Below are positions 1 through 13,404 of a stretch of DNA of 64,000 bases, piece by piece (position 1 is the first letter of the stretch; each line of letters opens with the position of its first letter). Origin of the DNA: Psilocybe cubensis. Lineage: Eukaryota. The notes beneath the pieces were generated by a model. The model was not told where the DNA came from, ran no database searches, and saw only the letters and a program-made list of their open reading frames with translations. The DNA is taken from NCBI GenBank assembly GCA_017499595.2, contig CM038998.1, positions 868,001 through 932,000 of the forward strand. Reading direction: 5' to 3'. Both the position numbers and the translations under genes were made by a program.

Positions 1-1155
1 AAAATTTACCATGGCACCAATAAGCAATTCGAACATCCTCACAGGCTTTCCACGCAAAGGATCACCCATTCCGAGAATCAAGATTACATCGAAGGCAGTG
101 ATTAGTACACCATGCCAGAGCTCCAGCTTTGGGAAAAGCATGCAGAGAGCAATCGCAGATCCTAGAAGCTCAGCAAGGTCCGTGGCGATGATAGCAACTT
201 CCGCCAAGACATAGAGGGGATAAAGACCCAGCCATCGGTAAAGAAGCGTATGCTTAGGACGATTGTATAACAATAAACGTGTGTGGGAAGCGAGATCTAA
301 AGTGTGAATAAGTGTGTAAGCATTTCCTGATCCTAGAAGGGTGCTGCGGAACCAGCGAGAGAGGCCAAAGTGAATGGTGGAAAAAATTGGGGCGTTTAAC
401 ACGGAAAACGACGAAAATGAGACGCGAAGTAGGGTATATATAGGTTCCCGACAACCTCCTTGGGAGGCACATGGTTCCTAATTATACCCACACCTATGGC
501 TTGGATGTAAAATGATACGGAGCCGATGGCAAAGGCAGAGAAGGACTGCCCGCTACCATGCTAAGTTTTGAACGGGGCGGTTATGCCGGCGACAGAGAAT
601 TAATGGGAAGTTCACAGTTGGCTTGACCCAAAGGTCAGACCGGCACGCCAGAAGCACAGCGTACACCCAATGGATACTTAGAAGTCGTGTCGCTCCATCG
701 AGAAAAAGAGAAAATTCCAACAGTATGGCACATCAAACTCACCGATACCTGTCACGCAACCAAGTCGACTGGCAAGGACCTAAACAAAGTGACGTTTGCT
801 TATCAGAACCATACGGCGTTCCGTCAACCCATCAATGACGCCCACCTGGAGGAAGACAGCAAAGAGTCCCGCGAGCAGGACCACGAACAACAAGTGATAT
901 CCGAATTGGGAGCCTGCTTGGAGGTCGACGCCCCAATTACCACTGAATATCCACGCACTTCGTCATGCATGGCACATAGGCGAAAAGAGACAAGAGTACT
1001 CACGGGTCAAAATAAGCCACGGCACAGACTATACCGACGCCTGTGTGTTTCTTGCCATGGTGCACGACAACTGCGGCAGCATGTTTCAGGCGGCGGACAA
1101 AGGTGGCGGACGGGACGAGAGTGCTATGCGGGGCACTGGAGGGTGAGTCTGACAT
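1..1155 (-). CDS. NRAMP-family divalent metal (Mn/Fe) transporter, Smf1/Smf2-like; 5' part, continues beyond window start
   Basis: Spliced minus-strand translation gives GVGIVCAVAYFDP|GNWGVDLQAGSQFGYHLLFVVLLAGLFAVFLQ|VLASRLGCVTGI|DLASHTRLLLY...LYVLAEVAIIATDLAELLGSAIAL, with the NRAMP DPGN motif and TM1-TM3 signature; ATG at 1155. Confidence 0.93.
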
Positions 1156-1876
1156 GGGGGAGGGAGAGAGAAAAGTGGGGTGAGTTAGCTAACGATGGCC
1201 ATGAAATAGTGAACCGGGAGGAAGGACGACGAACCCAACACAGCGGACGAGACGAGCTTTGACGAAACGATTGAGCGGTACAGTGTTGGCCATTTTCATT
1301 CTTGGTCAGTCACACTTCCAGCCAATCACCATCCACCACTCCCTCCCGGCATTCCCCGAGCCGATACCTCCGCCTCCTCTAAAAGTATTAAAACCATGCC
1401 CACAACCTCCCCGATCACCGATTTTTCTTCCTTACCAAAGCCCTCCAGATTGAGTTTCGGAGACGTAATGCTACTGAAAACTATCCAGAAAACACCACTC
1501 GACAAATACATATGCGCCGCACAACAAACACATTGCTCCTCTGTCATCATCCAAACATACAAGGCTCCGCAAACATTTTCAACATGACTGCACCATCGAC
1601 AAAAACAAAGGAAGCAGTTGCCTGAAAAGTCTTGGGTCCTTGGCGACCCAGTACACCGTCATCGTTCACCGCCACCACCGCTGTCCATTAACCCTTCATC
1701 CAAATTAATGTTGCAAGTCCTCCAGTAGCGTCATCTTTTGTTACGACCGTGACCAAAATTAGTCGCAAAAAACCTCTTTTGCACCAAATCAACAAAACAT
1801 CGTACCTGGCAGAAAAATCACCTGGCCAACACCTAGTCCTCACAACCAATAACGCTTCTCTCTCCCTTCTATGGCA

Positions 1877-3248
1877 TTAAGCTTCCTTTATCTTGTCACT
1901 GTCAGCGTATCGCCGCCGTTTAGCGAGGCTTTTCATGTTGAATCCGAAGGAGTGTCGTCTAGCATCTCGCCGTTTCTCACTCTTGTCCGGGATCCTAGGC
2001 AAATGCTGAGCATCGGTTTTCAAAAAACTAGACGCTTCCCTAGTACTGGGCAGACCAAAGAGACGGGACGCCGCGTGTTCTCCTTCCTCGTGTATACATA
2101 CAGGCGTCGCTGGAGTTTGTGGGTCAGAATCACGTTTACCAGGTGCGTTGTGTCGCGGGCATCGTTTTTGAGTCTCTAACTGCGAAGCAGGCATAGTCCA
2201 GGTACCAGCCACTTCAACGAACGGAGGGTCCAACTGAGTTCGATTACTGCCTGGGTGTCGTACCTGACTAGACGTTTCAGTCATATCCCCCAATATCTGA
2301 CTCATCCTTTTCCATATGGAAGTGGTCCTTTTCATTGCCTGATCATTCGGCTTTCTGTCCGAACGTGATATCGACCACCTGAAGCTAGATGGCCGTTTGT
2401 TGGGTCTTGCAACGTCCGTTTTCAAAGACACGGTCTGCTTTTTCCCTTGCCTCTTTGGCCTTGCTGCATTTGAGTTATCTATTTGGTCTCCACAGCCTCC
2501 ACGATTTGATGACAGTCCTAAGGCAAGGTCTCCCCTGGATATTTCGTTAGCAAGCTCCATTTCCAAATCAGCGGATCCTTCTTTCTTCGACGCCGCCACA
2601 GTTGAGGTCTTCTTTTGCCTCAATGGATGATCGATAATGTCATCGATAAGCAGCGGCCTTGGCTCTGCATCCGACAGTTTTTCTTCTGGGCTCCCCAAGT
2701 CCGGCGTAGGTGCAGTCAATGTGAGTTCTGGTATGGGGACATTCTGATCCATTGGATCCACAAGGTGGTCAAAAGCCCAGCTAGGATCTGAAACAACAGT
2801 GTTCAACTTTCATCAGTCATTATTTTAAGGAAGCGAATGTGTACGTGTGTGTTGATTAAACCTTAGCTGACCTTGTATGTCTCCATAGCCCTGGGTCGAT
2901 ATCGGTGCGGAATAATCGGTCACCCTACTTTTTTCATCGTTACCCCATTCCATTTTGCCGAAGGCGCCATATTGGGACGTGTTCGTGTTGAAATAGTCTA
3001 TGGTCTAGAAACATTTAACACTCAGTGGTATGGTCGGCGTGCCAGCGAACCTTCTTTGGCAATCATTTGTGGATCATGATCACACTAGATGCATGTATTG
3101 AAAATAGAAGCTGACAACTCACCATTTCGGTTAGAAGCTGACCGTAGCTCGATCCTGAACTATCGACTTCGTTCGCCTCAGCTTGGCCTGCAAAGGCGTG
3201 TATGTCCTCCATGATGGGGGACAAGTCGGTTCCGACTGATCTATTCAT
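1877..3248 (-). CDS. Hypothetical low-complexity protein; 5' exon structure uncertain
   Basis: 309-codon ORF 1877-2806 plus an upstream ORF (3063-3248) ending at a GTGAGT donor; no recognisable domain. Confidence 0.5.
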
Positions 3249-5805
3249 ATTGAAAGAATTTGATGATACAGGTCGATTGGATCGTTGAACCTGGAAAAGA
3301 TGTTGGCGTCATAATCTGGAGGCTTTTTAGACTGACCTGGTGAGGAAGCGTCAGAGGGAGGCAAGGTGGGGAGATTAAATGGGAATGTGGTAGGGCATAT
3401 ATTGCTGCAGATGGTGAGCCCACCTAAGAATTCGGTTTTATTAATAATAACTCAATTCCAGTTTTCAAGCTTACATCGTTCGCAAGGTTCATAATGGGCG
3501 CTTTTGGACTGGGGTGGACACCGTTATATGAAGACATGATCGCTGGAGCAGAAACTCGTTTCTGTCATGCAAAATATTGAGGCAAGAAGTTGACAATATG
3601 AGATATACGGGCCCACCTCTTTCCCCTTCGATGAGGTATGCTCTCCTATCCATGTTTGTTTGGAATTTCTGTTTCTCTGCACAGCCAAAATGCGCATATA
3701 TTTGTCAACAGTTAAGGAAGTGAAAATTCCACTCACAAAAGGTGTATCATCCTATGATTCGATGGGGTTTTTGTTACTCGAAGTATGACTCTGCCATCTG
3801 TTCCACTCACCGTTGATTCATTTGACGAATACAAAGCCGCAATGTCCTGTAGAATTTGATCAGATCAGTCAAATTGGACAACTGGTCGTCTTACATGTGT
3901 AAGTTGGCGGTGCGCGGATGGGCGAGAAGGTGACTCTGGAGGCTGGGAATAATGAACGGTCGATTGAGGATCGGGACTTGTACATATATGCGTTCTTACT
4001 GTGACGATGCGCACTTTGCTGCGTGGATTTGTCGGGGTATCGCTGGTTTCCATGTGGTAGGAAGGTTCAACTTCAGAAGCGTCAAAAGGCACAGGTACTA
4101 TTTCTGTCGATTGCTGTATGCATGTTAACGAGCGAACGGCGTGGTCAACTAAAGGGCCATTACCAACAGGCATCCTCGGTTTTCATTTCTTGGTGGGTAC
4201 GTATTTCTCCGTGCTGAGTATCCCCCCGGTTCTCCATGCGACATGTTGATTGCCGCCTTTTTAGGAGTACTAAAGCTGATTGGTCTGCCCTGACCTACAA
4301 GGTTTTGAGATGTATAACTTTCGTCTAGAGAAAGCAGTGATCAACGATGTCATCATCAATCATTGGGATTTAGTGACAGATAACATGAGAGCCGTCTCTT
4401 GAGTTAAGATACGCACCATTTTCTACGATGTCTTTTCGATGTATACGATACACAGGATCTATTTCTGAGGCTGGTATGCTAAATTTCTGTTCACGCCGGT
4501 TACGTGAGGGTGTGAGCCTGGGCGATATTATTCAAAAATATGCAAATACTCACGGGATGAGGTAGAATAAATAGATTGAAGTATTTCAGAGCTTCCCCAA
4601 ACATCGCGAAACTTACGGCTTGGAACGATGGTGTAAAATAGAAAGCAACTTCATCTCATCTGTTTGGGAATCTGTGATTATGTATTTGGTGTTCCGGTGT
4701 TCCGTGGTAACTTAAAAATAGACACGCCAGCGTATCAAAGTTCAAGTTGGCTAGTTGCTGGCTGTTATTGGGCTATTAGTCTCCCGTCTTGCAAAAACAA
4801 AATTCTGGCTGGTTGAGGGCAAATTAGATTAACTTCCGGTCTGAACTACAATCATTTATACTGATAGATCAACAAAATTAAGTAACTTCTTCCTTGATGT
4901 AACTGGAAGGATGTCGTTCTAGCTCCAATTGCAAGCCCATTTAGAAGGACCATCAGGCACCCACAAGACTCCAAATTCCTCGGTGTTCACCCATAACATG
5001 GGTATATATATATTGAGGCTCTACGTCTTGATTGTTTCAGGGCACTTCAGCTGCTTGATTGGGATCTCTTCATCCTCCGGTCTGTACTGAATGTCCTTCG
5101 CTTTCCCTTTGATTGTCGGGTTTTCGTCGTTGATACGTCAAGATATGGTGAATTTTTTGTCGGTCCAGGCTCATCATCCGATCACAACGAGGTTGTTGTT
5201 CTATATTATTAGGCATCGATGATCATGCTGCTTATAGGCCATAGATGACTCGGTCCAACACATTTTCTAACTGTTTATCCGTCTCTTATTTCCACGCTGC
5301 CTCGGGCGATGGCATGGTAAGAATTTGTTATATTTTGAGACACAACGCACTCATTATACCTTTCAATCGCACGCGTGTTGCATCATTTAACATTCATCGA
5401 CATCTAATCAAATGAGAATTACTTCGAAAACCGGAGAAACCTTCTTTGCGCCTCGAAGGGAGAGTCATAAAAATAAGTCTAGGAAGCTTCAGTGTAGCAT
5501 TTTCTCGCCGCTACTTCTCAAGATTGACAGACTATAACAGCTAATGACCTGCCGGTCTATTCACCATCGGGAGACTTTTCGCACATAAGCGTCTTGGTCA
5601 GACATCCAAACCTTAGAAGTTGGTGGAAGAACGATCATAACATATGGCTAGGCACGCGTTTCTACTCGGAGCATTCCCAGTGTCAACAAGAACCGCGTTA
5701 ATACCACTTCTTTGAAAAATTGACGATATATAACAAGAAGTGACTTGAACACCTTCTCCCAGAGCCGCCAACTAATTCTTTTCCAGTGGTTTCTACAAAG
5801 TTGTC

Positions 5806-7132
5806 ATGATTTTCCTTTCTTTACTTTCCGTAGCTTCAGCTACCGCAACCGCGGTTATGGCTGCAGAGATGGTTGTTCCCATCGATGTCAATGCCGTTCT
5901 TGGATTTGACGCCGGTCCCGACAATTTCTATAATGCCCCTGTTCCCCCATGGATTCCGGGTGCGGTACCTGGTTGGTATTATGGACCAAATCCTCAGAAG
6001 TATCCCGACCTTTGGACCCTCCATGATGTGAGCGCTAGAAATTTATTTTAAAATTCATTAACTGAATTTTCTCAGTTTATGTGCAGATTTTTGTGGTATT
6101 ATCCTAATGCCTTGCACTGCCCTGTCCCCAAACCCAGTCCTTTACCACCTACTACGACCACTACAACTACGACAGTGCTTTCTACAACAACGACAACGAC
6201 CACGGCTACAGTAACCATTACCGCAACTCCAGTCCCCTCGGACGGTTATATTGAGACGTTTGATAATATTACTGCAGCTGTTCAAGCAGACGATTTCATG
6301 ACATTTGGACTCGTTGAGACAGTCGATGGTGAGGCGTCTTTTATGAATTATTTTTGATCCCAAATAATATTCTTTGTGCAGACTGCAAGGCTATGTGCGA
6401 CTCCGTGCCTGGATGCACCTTTGTTAATTGTGAGTTTACACGAGTTGTCTCAAGGCGGCATCTATGATCTCAATCATCTGTAATAGCATTCCACGACGTC
6501 AACGGCAAGGTAAGGTCCTAACAATTGTCAATAGGATGTGATAACTAATAAGCTATTAGGGAGGTAGCACAGATCTTACATGTTCCCTCTTTAAGTTTTG
6601 CCACACTTCTGCGGATGCGGACAACGCAGGAGGGCAAAGCCAACCAGACGGCAGCATAGATTTTATCATCAACAGTGATGGTTGGTGCAAAGTCGGAAAC
6701 GCTACAACTACTACCACCACAACCACGCCATCTACACTCACGACAGAAACAACGACCGTCCCCACTCAAACCACAACAAGCACTTCAAAGTCAACTTCGA
6801 CATCAACTTCGCATACTAGCACCTCGACTCACACTAGTAGCACTAGCACGCACACCAGTACCAGCACGCATACCACTACTAAGACGAGCACAGCTCCTAC
6901 AAAAAGCCCAACGGGAATCGCTCACTACTACCAATGTGGAGGAATTGGCTACACTGGATCCACCTTCTGGTAAGCTATGTCTATAATACAGATGTATATT
7001 CATATTGATGCGGGTTTAACGACAGTATACCGCCGTACAAATGCCTCTATCAGAACCGTGAGCTTTTCGTTAATCTGCGCTGTATCAATACTGACGCATG
7101 TCACTTCAGCCTACTACTCCCAGTGCCTCTGA
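5806..7132 (+). CDS. Secreted protein: signal peptide, Pro/Thr-rich linker, Cys-rich PAN/apple-like domain, Thr-rich linker, C-terminal CBM1
   Basis: Hydrophobic N-terminus MIFLSLLSVASATATAVMA. Spliced exons give DCKAMCDSVPGCTFVN...FHDVNGK|GGSTDLTCSLFKFCH...NSDGWCK and poly-Thr tracts. C-terminus YYQCGGIGYTGSTFC..PPYKCLYQN|PYYSQCL* matches the fungal CBM1 consensus. Confidence 0.85.
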
Positions 7133-7799
7133 TCTCCAATAAGGTATACGGAAAGATTTTACATTTCACTTTTTCTTCTGGATTAAATTCATGAATTTTA
7201 AAGACAAAGAATGTTTGTCCTGGATTGATTGTCGTGCTTAATATACTCTTTAACAGTTGTGCTCCCATCGTGATGCGTATTTGCTCTGAATCACTAGTGC
7301 CTAATAGCAGAAATGAGATTTTGACTCCGCTTACTCAAGGAAAGTCGTCCCTGATGATGTTCGCCCGATTTGGAGAATGACTGAGACTGGGACCTGGCTG
7401 GGACTGTTGTGTCCAATTAATTGCACAGCGGGTGCTATATTTAAATTTACGTCAGGCATCCGATAAGTATCTAATCCATCGAAAAGCACATGTATGCAGC
7501 ATGCATACACAACTTCTCACTCGCAGTACTTGCTGAATCTAGACATTGGGAAGAAAATTCGATATGAGGAGTCATTCTGCATCGATATGAGTTGACCTCA
7601 CATCTTGAGCACCAATGAACGTTCACTAGCACTTACCGCTGTTTGTCGGAGATGGAATCTTCTAGCACAGGATTCGCAGGGGAGGTCCTCCGAAAAGCGT
7701 CCGTATCGCATTTCATCGTCATCTTCTGCCTTACTGTCTTTCCGTCTTTCACCCTGGATTTTGCACCTTGCGCCTCCCTCAGTTCCTTCAGCCTCCTCG

Positions 7800-8331
7800 A
7801 TGCATAACTCAAACCCTCCAACCTTCATGTATGAGGATATACCGTTTTACAACCCAGATGGCTATCTGGATAAGGACAAAGTTGATCGGTTGACATTCGA
7901 ATTTCGGGCATTAATCAAGAGGATTGAACAGAGGTACTAGTCGCCAATCTCCTATGCACGTATTAATGATATATCTGAAAAACGTTTCCAGCCCACCAGA
8001 GAGTCACGAAAGGAGAGTTCTACGTGATCTCCAATGTCTTGAGTTTCTGGATATACCGCTATTGTCGACGCATCCGAAGAAAGTTAGATATACAGGCAAT
8101 GATATACTTCCTGCTTTTCTTATGCATGTTTACGAGTCTGACAAGCTTCGACTCCATCGGAATGATATTTGGAGCTTAGGCGAAATCATGCTTCAGAATA
8201 TGGAGGATTGCTTGGTATGCCTCTGTGCATTTTTTTCCCGCAACAAAATTATAACCTGACTGTCCTCTCTCAATACACGGCAGTGTGAACTTCTTGCACT
8301 ACCTGAACTCAACATCAAATCGAATTTTTAG
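7800..8331 (+). CDS. Orphan family B copy 1 (~134 aa, 3 exons)
   Basis: Exons 7800-7933, 7992-8214 and 8284-8331 splice in frame: MHNSNPPTFMYEDIPFYNPDG...GNDILPAFLMHVYE...MLQNMEDCL|CELL...; aligns by eye with the copy at 14748-15286. Confidence 0.7.
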
Positions 8332-8733
8332 GTTTATACTTTGATATTCCAACTGCTTAAAGAAAGAATAATTTACATACATATTTGTGATGACCCGAGA
8401 GATTGTGCTATACAAAAAAGCAGTTCTAAAGTGATGATAATTCTCGTGAGGAAGCAAGATTGGATTGTGTGTATGGGTATCGTACTTTGAATAAAATTAC
8501 GACATAAAATTAAAATAACAGACGGCAACTTCTTGTTTGTAACATTTAAATCGAATATCATTATCTACGACCAATGAATCTGTGCGACGGCCACTATATC
8601 ATCTAGTTGCGCATTTATCAACAAGAAAAAAACCGATATGCGTGTCGGTCTCTTCTCCGACTGCCTCACCTCTCAATCCGCCATACACCAACTATATAGG
8701 GTAGATTACATTGAGGAACCACATGATGCATGT

Positions 8734-9382
8734 TCAGTTATTGGCAATGGTGGTTTTGTATTCAGTCTGACAAGATGCCCGATCGCGAGTTTTCCTAGGA
8801 GAGGAATCACATTGATTTGCTGTCCTGGCTTGATTCTTCCTGATATATTTGTCCACTTTATGGTTAGCATCCTTCTGCGAGTCGGCAAGGCTGTAGTCAA
8901 CTAGCGGCAATCCTTTACGAGTGGTGTCGTTTTTCCTTGCCGAGGCAAACTGCTGATAAACGTTTAAACAATAAAACAATTTGAGAACATGAGCGTTAAG
9001 TCATTCACCAAGTGAATCTTGATTTGGTTATGTATCCAAATTTTTAGGATGCTTGGCTTATATTTCCCATTTGCTTTCGCTTGTTCGTCCTCTTCCCACG
9101 TGTACACGTCGAGAATAAGTTTTTTCTTTCTGTCGTCCGGAAGCTCCTTCCAAAATTGATAAGACTTCACAGAAATTGGAGATCTAGATGTAAAATGTCA
9201 TAAAGTCACCTCGCAATTTGATTCAGAACTTACTTTTTAATGTAGTCGATGCATCCTTCAACTGAATCACGCAAAAGTTTATTGTACGCATTCCACTGTT
9301 CCCGTTTTTCGTGAATGCCATATCGTTCAAACTTAGCATTTCTCTCGGCAAAAATTTCGTCCAAAATATGACTGTACGCCAT
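8734..9382 (-). CDS. Orphan family A copy 1 (~180 aa, 3 exons)
   Basis: MAYSHILDEIFAERNAKFERYGIHEKREQWNAYN...IK|KSPISVKSYQFWKELPDDRKKKLILDVY...IKIHL|QFASARKNDTTRKGLPLVDYSLADSQKD; GT-AG introns at the same positions in all four copies. Confidence 0.85.
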
Positions 9383-9499
9383 TTTGTGACGAGGTTTGAC
9401 GCTTGGAAGTAGGGCTTTAGAACGAGGAGATCACTATGCTAAAGAGCCCCGCTTCGAATATGATCAACGTCCATCGATTGATAAGCTGCAACCATCGGT

Positions 9500-9517
9500 T
9501 TCAAACGGAGTTTCAAA
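9500..9517. promoter_or_regulatory. Conserved family-A upstream motif TTCAAACGGAG(C/T)TTCAAA, copy 1
   Basis: Near-identical 18-mer about 100-130 bp upstream of the ATG of every family A copy. Confidence 0.65.
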
Positions 9518-9649
9518 ATTAAAAAATCGTATGTCAGGTTCTGCGTGCAGAGATCCCATCCCAGTCGGGACTTCCTCTCAATGGCCGTCTGGGACACTGA
9601 AGATGGTACAAATGTATGTATTGTATATTCTTCTCACATCTCAGTAATT

Positions 9650-9867
9650 AGATTTATAGAGAACTTGAAGTACACCGCTCGTGAGCAACTGGCACAGGAA
9701 ATGGTCACCATTTTTACGGATTGTATGGTATGTGGCGAAGCTATTTCACTTTATGTCACCAGAAGCTTAACATGTTAATCATTTGATTTACACAGAGATA
9801 TCTTGGAATGCAAGTTGATACTGACGATTTGTCCAGCGGGTATAGAAGTTCTAGTGAACCTGCATAG
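9650..9867 (+). pseudogene. 5'-truncated family B remnant (end of exon 2, intron, exon 3)
   Basis: ...KYTAREQLAQEMVTIFTDCM|RYLGMQVDTDDLSSGYRSSSEPA* aligns with RYRVRKQLAIQMFNIFAECM|NTLGIELDDTSTGESGSGSGSA* of the intact copy; exon 1 not found. Confidence 0.7.
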
Positions 9868-11461
9868 ACCTATCCCTACCTCAGCCATTTACTCCAGTTT
9901 CTTATGGCGCTATTGTTTTGATAACCTAGATCTTAATGTTTCAACTCGATTTACTTCTTCGATAATAGCCGCATTAAAAAATACTATTTCTCAAATCTAT
10001 GTACTGTCACAGAATACTATCTACATTCATATGCATATGCTCACTGCTCACAATATACACTCAAAACCATTGTCGCGTTAGAAAAGCCTCGCTAAAAATA
10101 CTACTGGTCTCGCTAAAAACTCAACTGGCGACGATGGAGAATCCACAAATAACAAACAGAACAGAAAATAGGAGCATATAATGAATATACAACATCAATA
10201 CAACATCAATACTCAAACACTAGAAGGATGGTGGTATTCAAGAATCCATAATCTCAAGTCTGTTCGATGACCAGCTCTCCGTGTGGCGAGGTGCAGTAAT
10301 CCAAGTCAGGCAATTACTATTGCAGTCTTGGTATCCCAAGTTCTTGGACCCTAGTAAACTGCGCATGAACACGTTTTTCTCTCCCCCTTCTGATGCACGT
10401 TGTATATAGGATATAGGATGAATAAGGGAGAAAATCGCTATCAAACCATCAGCCACGGACACCCGCTCTGAGCTGCGACATCGTGCTCCTCCCCTAGGCT
10501 CTCACACACTTACACACACTTTCCTTGTATACTATCATTTCCCGAAGTGTCTCCGGGGCGCTGATCAGAAGTTTTAACAACCACATATCTAGAATTTTGC
10601 GCCCTGCACACTGGGACACCCAATTAAATTTGAATTAGATTGTCCTTCTAATTCACGCTTTCATGTAAATCAATCAAACAGTTGCTTTTCTCGAACTTTA
10701 AGGGATTTAAGATGGTTAAGATAGTTATAGACTGCTGCGCAATCCGGTTGCAAAAGCACGTCAACCTCTTCATCGGATTGGAAGTCGAGATGGCAGGAAC
10801 TAGTCAGAGTCAGCTCGAGTCAGCGGTAGCTTTTATCGCAACAACCATCATAATTCACAGCATTCTGAAAGCCAGATAATGCTCCCCCGCCACTGCAAAA
10901 AATCACATTCCCATCCAACTCCTGACGGTTTTCTAACGATACTTGAAGTTACGCGAGGCAACAACCTCTCAAGTTGATGCCCATTTCGGCCTGTGCTGTG
11001 TGTATACGTTTATGGATGTGTGTGTTCCAGATAAAATTACAACACGAAAATAACACATGCCTTAGCGTGGGGAGTGTACTCGGTGAGTGGTGTGTCTTCC
11101 TTTTCAATATATTCTCGTCCGAGTTTTCCATGGACGGTACCGGTGAATCCTTATCGTGGATGCTAAGAAATGACTTACTGTACTAGTCGGACACAATCAA
11201 GGAATAAATTATAAATAGTAGAGGACAGTCGGGGCATTCGCATCCACCGGTTATCTTCTAAGCGAAAACTAAAGAATCAATTGCTATGGGCATAAACGAG
11301 ATCGTCATTGTTCAGGTATAAATCGTAGATCCACAACGTATATCGTTTTTTTACTTTATATATTTGCCTCAGTACGATAATTTTCAATATGAAGTAGACA
11401 AAATTTTGAATACCCACATAATACAGGTTCATTCATGGACATCTCCAAAATTATTTGCACT

Positions 11462-12071
11462 TTAGTTTGCTGCTGTCTGAGCTTCCAGAGAAGAGATGTC
11501 AGTTTTTGGCTTGGCTTTGCCTTTAAGTTTTTTCGAGAATTTTTTCAACCACCGGTCAAAATCCTTTTGTGAGTCTGCGAAGGTGTAATCGACTAGTGGC
11601 TCTCCAGTGCGAGTAGTATCGTTTCTTCTTTTTGCGGCAAATTTCTGGCATGACTTATTATAGAACGGGTTTGAAACGAAACTTGACGAAAGACTGACCA
11701 AATGACACTGAAGTTCGCTTTTTATCCCGAGTCGTAGCTTGCCGGGGTAATACATCCCATTTGTCTCCTCTTGGTCGTCTTCTTCCATTTTGTAGATGTC
11801 AAGAATGAGCTTCTTCTTTCTCGGGTCTGAAAGATCTGCCCAAGCTTGAAATTCCTTCGTGTTGGTTGGAGAACTGAGAGTTGAACGTCATAAACGGACC
11901 ATGATCTCTGTGTTACTCGTACCTTTTAATCTGCTCTAAGCATTCTTCAACTGCCGTACGCAAAAGCTCATTGTAAGCGTTCCATTGTTCCCGTTTCTCG
12001 TGTATGCCATACTTCTCAAACCTGTCGTTTCTCTCGGCAAAAATCTCATCCAAAATGTGACTGTAGGACAT
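11462..12071 (-). CDS. Orphan family A copy 2
   Basis: MSYSHILDEIFAERNDRFEKYGIHEKREQWNAYNELLRTAVEECLEQIK|SSPTNTKEFQAWADLSDPRKKKLILDIY...LQCHL|KFAAKRRNDTTRTGEPLVDYTFADSQKDF. Confidence 0.85.
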
Positions 12072-12199
12072 GTTGTACTGAGATTTGTGGTCAGGTATCA
12101 AGGTACTAGTTGAACGAGTTGATTCTGATGAGTTGGCACACTATCAACAGCCACCGTTAAGATTATCGACGATCGATCAATATCCTGAGGAGAATTGGA

Positions 12200-12217
12200 T
12201 TCAAACGGAGCTTCAAA
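12200..12217. promoter_or_regulatory. Conserved family-A upstream motif, copy 2
   Basis: TTCAAACGGAGCTTCAAA, 129 bp from the A2 ATG. Confidence 0.65.
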
Positions 12218-12622
12218 ATACGTATCTAGGTCTGTCTAGGAGATACTAACTCAACCATGGGAAAAAATCTTGGTTCTGACAGTGAGTGTGGATGTGAGTC
12301 CCTCTCAATAGGCTCCACCCGGGCCATTCCTATATTTTATAATTGGATCTAAGATCGTCGAGAGGTTTTCAGATGCCACAATTATGGGATTGCACAATCA
12401 GGCTGCATCGATTACAAAGGTCGAGAAAGAGATTACTAATGATGTGATCTTTATCCTCTACTGCACGACCACGACGCCTTACACACCCATATTGAATTGT
12501 TGTTATTCATAAAATATACACACGTATAAACGACATGTATCTTCCCCCACTGTATTTCTGCATCTGAGTATGACAAATTTAAGTACAAACCAGATAGAAT
12601 TATATACCCACATATCTCACTT

Positions 12623-13273
12623 TCAGTTACTGACCACACTTGAATCATTTCCACTGCCACACGCCACATTGACGTCCCGAGGAGAGGCATCAATTGGCCC
12701 TTCCCTCCCGGCTCTATGTTTTCGCACGAATCTCTCCAACTTACGGCCAAAATCTTTGCTCGAGTCTTGAAGGCTGTAATGGGCATGTGGATCTCCAGTC
12801 CGTGTAGCATCGTTTCTTCTTGCCACTGCCAATCGCTGATAAAGCGTGTTAATTTGTACACCACGGATCAGAGTTAGGTCTTGAAGGAGATTACCAAGTA
12901 GATTTTAATTGCATTCCATATCGATATTCGAAGTATGCTAGGCAGATATTTTCCGTTCCTTTCTGGCTGATTAATGTTTTCTTCCCGCTCATAGACTTCG
13001 AGAATAAGTTTTTTCTTTTTGTCGTCTGGAAGCTCCGTCCAAAATTGGAAAGACTTTGCAGATTTTGGGGAGCTAACAGTGAAACTTGTCGTAAAGCATG
13101 CTTTCAAATCAATTTATCACGTACTTTTTGATCTGTTCAATGCACTCTTCCACTGCATCACGCAAACGTTGATTGTACGCGTTCCGTTCTTCTCGCTTCT
13201 CGTGTATGCCATATTTTTCAAACCTCGCATTCCTCTCTGCAAATATCTCGTCCAAAACATGGCTGTAAGACAT
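12623..13273 (-). CDS. Orphan family A copy 3
   Basis: MSYSHVLDEIFAERNARFEKYGIHEKREERNAYNQRLRDAVEECIEQIK|NSPKSAKSFQFWTELPDDKKKKLILEVY...IKIYL|RLAVARRNDATRTGDPHAHYSLQDSSKDF. Confidence 0.85.
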
Positions 13274-13373
13274 TTCTGCAGTGATTCAAGGTTTAGGGAA
13301 ATAGAGGTGAAGTCTTAAAAACTCCCTTGAGATAATCAACATGAACATCAATCGATATGCTGTCACGACAAAA

Positions 13374-13391
13374 TTCAAACGGAGCTTCAAA
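13374..13391. promoter_or_regulatory. Conserved family-A upstream motif, copy 3
   Basis: TTCAAACGGAGCTTCAAA, 101 bp from the A3 ATG. Confidence 0.65.
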
Positions 13392-13404
13392 GGGCATCCA
13401 CCCA

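Noticed and set aside
297-323. In-frame internal ATG for a truncated NRAMP isoform
   Set aside because: The ATG at 323 (minus strand) hits TAG after 8 codons at the acceptor and is not in frame with DLASH.
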